A stretch of 64,000 bases of DNA from Chara braunii (taxonomy: Eukaryota > Plantae > Charophyceae), in contig BFEA01000015.1 in NCBI GenBank assembly GCA_003427395.1, positions 6,154,978 to 6,218,977 on the forward strand, in the 5' to 3' direction. This document shows positions 60,083-64,000 of this stretch, piece by piece; position 1 is the stretch's first letter; every line of letters begins with the position of its first letter. The translations under genes were made by a program, and so were the position numbers. Under the pieces are notes generated by a model, which worked only from the letters and a program-made list of their open reading frames with translations, was not told the DNA's origin and did no database searches.

Positions 60083-63000
60083 AATAAAAAAAGTGCACAT
60101 TTTTAATATTTTTCGAAAAAAAAAAGGTGGGGAGATTCGCGAATCTCCCCCCACCTCATTTCCCCACCAATCACCTAGCCAATGGTGGGGAAAGTGACGA
60201 TCTACCAACCAATCAAGAGATGAGACCTTCTGTCACATTTTTCAAAAAAAAAAAGGTGGGGGGAGATTCCCTACCTTTTTCCCCCACCAATTATCTAGCA
60301 AATGATGGGGAAAGTGACGATCTACCAACCAATTATAAAATTACACATTTTTAACATTTTTCGAACAAAAAAAAAGGTGGCCCCACCTCATTTCCCCACC
60401 AATCATCTAGCCAATGGTGGGGAAAGTGACGATCTACCAAACAATCAAGGGATAAGATCTTTTTTGACATTTTTCGAAAAAAAAAAAGGTGGGGGGAGAA
60501 TCGCGAATCTCCCCCCACCTTATTTCCCCACGAATCATCTACTAGCCAATAGTGGAGAAAGTGACGATCTACGAACCAATCAAGGGATGAGACCTTTTTT
60601 CACGTTTTCTGGAAAAAAAAAAGGTGGTGGGAGATTCGCCCACGTTTTTCCCCCACCAATCATCTACGCGATGGTGGGGAAAGTGACAATCTACCAACCA
60701 ATCAAAAAAATGCACATTTTTGACATTTTTCGAAAAAAAAAAGGTGGGGAGATTTGCGAATATCCCCCCACCTAATTTCCCCACCAATCACCTAGACAAT
60801 GGTGGGGGAAGTGACGATCTATGAACCAATCAACGGATGAGACATTTTTTCACATTTTCCGAAAAAAAAAAAAGGGGGGGGGAGATTCGCGCCCCCCACG
60901 TTTTCCCCCAACCAATCATCTAGCCAATGGTGGGGAAAGTGGCGATCTACCAACGTTTTTCCCCCACCAATCATCTAGCCAATGGTGGGGAGAGTGACGA
61001 TGTACCAACCAATCAAAAAAGTGCACATTTTTGACATTTTTCGAAAAACAAAAGGAGGGGAGATTCGCGAATCTCCCCCCACCTCATTTCCCCACCAATC
61101 ACCTAGCCAATGGTAGGGAAAGTGACGATCTACCAACCAATCAAGGGATGAGACCTTTTGTCACATTTTTCAAAAAAAAAAAGGTGCTAGCCAATGGTTG
61201 GGAAAGTGACGATCTACCAACCAATCAAAAAATTACACATTTTTGACATTTTTCGAACAAAAAAAAAGGTGGGGTTTCCCCACCAATCATCTAGCCAATG
61301 GTGGGGAAAGTGACGATCTACCAAACAATCAAGGCATGAGACATTTTTTGACATTTTTCGAAAAACAAAAAGGTGGGGCGAGAATCACGAACCTCCCCCC
61401 ACCTTATTTCCCCACCAATCATCTACTAGCCAATAGTGGGGAAAGTGACGATCAACGAACCAATCAAGGGATGTGACCTTTTTTCACATTTCCGAAAAAG
61501 AAAAGGTGGGGGGAGATTCGCGAATCTCCCCCCACGTTTTTCCCTCACCAATCATCTACGCGATGGTGGGGAAAGTGACGATCTGCCAACCAATCAAAAA
61601 AATGCACATTTTTGACATTTTTCGAAAAAATAAAGGTGGGGAGAATTGCGAATCTCCCCCCACCTTATTTCCCCACCAATTATGTACTAGCCAATGGTGG
61701 GGAAAGTGACGATCTACGAACCAATCAAGAGATGAGACCTTTTTTCACATTTTCTGAAAAAAAAAAAGTAGATTCCCCACGTTTTTCCCCCAACAATCAT
61801 CTACGCGATGGTGGGGAAAGTGACGATTACCAACCAATAAAAAAAGTGCACATTTTTAATATTTTTCGAAAAAAAAAAGGTGGGGAGATTCGCGAATCTC
61901 CCCCCACCTCATTTCCCCACCAATNCCAACCAATAAAAAAAGTGCACATTTTTAATATTTTTCGAAAAAAAAAAGGTGGGGAGATTCGCGAATCTCCCCC
62001 CACCTCATTTCCCCACCAATCACCTAGCCAATGGTGGGGAAAGTGACGATCTATGAACCAATCAAGGGATGAGACCTTTTTTCACATTTTCCGGAAGAAA
62101 AAAGGTGAGGGGAGATTCTCCCCCCACGTTTTTCCCCCACCAATCATCTAGCCAATGGTGGGGAAAGTGACGATCTACCAACCAATCAAAAAAGTGCACA
62201 TTTTTGACATTTTTCGAAAAACAAAAGGTGGGGAGATTCGCAAATCTCCCCCCACCTCATTTCCCCACCAATCACATAGCCAATGGTGGGGAAAGTGACG
62301 ATCTACGAACCAATCAAGGGATGAGACCTTTTGTCACATTTTTCTGAAAAAAAAAAGGTGGGGGGAGATTCGCGAATCTTGCCCCACCTTTTTCCCCCAA
62401 CAATCATCTACGCGATGGTGGGGAAAGTGACGATCTACACCTTTTTCCCCCACCAATCATCTAGCCAATGGTGAGGAAAGTGACGATCTACCAACCAATC
62501 TGAAAATTACACATTTTTGACATTTTTCGAACAAAAAAAAAGGTGGCCCCCACCTCATTTCCCCACCAATCACTGAGCCAATGGTGGGGAAAGTGACGAT
62601 CTACCAAACAATCAAGGGATGAGACCTTTTTTGACATTTTTCGAAAAAAAAAAGGTGGGGGGAGAATCGCGAATCTCCCCCCACCTTATTTCCCCACCAA
62701 TCATCTACTAGCCAATGGTGGGGAAAGTGACGATCTACGAACGAATCATGCGATGAGACCTTTTTTCACAATTTTTGAAAAAAAAAAAGGTCGGCGGAGA
62801 TTCGTGAATCTCCCCCCACGTTTTTCCCCCAACAATCATCTACGCGATGATGGGGAAAGTGATGATCTACCAACCAATCAAAAAAGTGCACATTTTTGAT
62901 ATTTTTCGAAAAAAAAAAAGGTGGGGAGATTCGCGAATCTCCAATAACCTAGCCAATGGTAGGGAAAGTGACGATCTGCCAACCAATCAAGGGATGAGAC

Positions 63001-63290
63001 CTTTTTTCACACTTTTCGAAAAAAAAGGTGGGGGGAGATTCGCGAATCTCCCCCCACGTTTTTCCCCCAACAATCATCTAGCCAATGGTGGGGAAAGTGA
63101 CGATCTACCAACCAATCAAAAAATTACACATTTTTGACATATTTTGGGGGGAAAAAAAAGGTGGGGGGAGATTCGCAAATCTCCCCCTACCTGATTTCCC
63201 CACCTATCATTTACCCTATGGTGGGGAAAGTGACGATTTACCAACCAATCAATAAATGACACATTTTTGACATTTTGCAGAAAAAAAAAA
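60083..63290. repeat. ~100-bp satellite-like tandem array with internal palindromes
   Basis: Repeated ccccaccaatcatctagccaatggtggggaaagtgacgatcta and gagattcgcgaatctc. Confidence 0.95.
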
Positions 63291-64000
63291 GTGGGGGGAG
63301 AGAAAAGGGGAGACCTTCCCATCCCACATACCTTTGCCAGTCATTGTGGAATCAACTGAGGGCACAACGCTGCTCTCCTCTTCGTGTTGATGTTCTCTAC
63401 CGCTTTCCTTTCCAATTATCCTCCTCTTATCGACTCATCCAGCACCGATGCCTCTCTTCTCACATGTTCATCTCTCTTCTATCATCTCCTTCTCTTCTCC
63501 TCTCTAGCCGTCCTCCAACGAAGAACAAGAACCGTGTAGCACGATAGAATCGAGACCAAGCACACGATATGAAGCGCAAGCTGCGCTGCGCAGGTTTCAA
63601 GGAGGAAGGAGGACAAGAGGAAGTGTGGCCGAAATCGGCGGTAGCAGCGGCGGAGAAGAGGCCGGTGACTATCCAAAGAGGCCGGTACTCAGCAAAAAAG
63701 AGGCCAGCACCAGCCCCGAAGAGGTCGGTACCAACCTTGAAAGAGGACGGTACCCCCCAAAAAAAAAATGCAGGCAGGTACCAACGAAAACAATGCCGTT
63801 ACCAACGAAAAAGAGGCCGGCACCCTTTTTTTTTTTTTCCGTTCATCACGCGGGCCTGACGCAGGAAACGTCCGGCTTACCAGCACCGGCTTGCAGAACA
63901 CCAACCTCGGCGCACAGCACACGCCACTTTGCTGCAGTGTCATTCGCGAGTGTGCACCTGTGCTCGAACGCGACGTCCGCCTGCCCGCGACTGCCTCCGC

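Noticed and set aside
59066-63290. CRISPR-like arrays
   Set aside because: Spacers are themselves repetitive, units are degenerate, no cas genes are present and the context is eukaryotic.

Overview
Repeat-saturated eukaryotic nuclear scaffold with N-gaps. The plant-type mitochondrial fragments (including an atp9 intron after nt 145) and the TE content suggest a streptophyte alga such as Chara (inference). No intact host gene is recognisable. In order: (1) a Penelope-like RT 3' end split by a hairpin MITE; (2) a ~15-kb minus-strand Ty3/Gypsy element (1286-16380) with gag, PR-RT-RH, a PHD finger, integrase and extra ORFs, whose LTR boundaries are non-canonical and whose 3' LTR holds a 2.5-kb mosaic NUMT (cox3/cox2, rps11/atp9+intron, group II intron, LSU rRNA, cob); (3) a long-TIR element (16381-24300) containing an L1/Tx1-like LINE; (4) more decayed LINEs sharing a structured 3' UTR, plus many MITEs; (5) a Nextera adapter artefact at 36760; (6) from 52486 a large putative DNA element with a Ulp1 protease ORF, a ParB/DGQHR-like ORF, a (GGGGTAA)n tract and palindrome arrays. 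Its terminus and palindrome recur in two MITEs with 4-bp target duplications.
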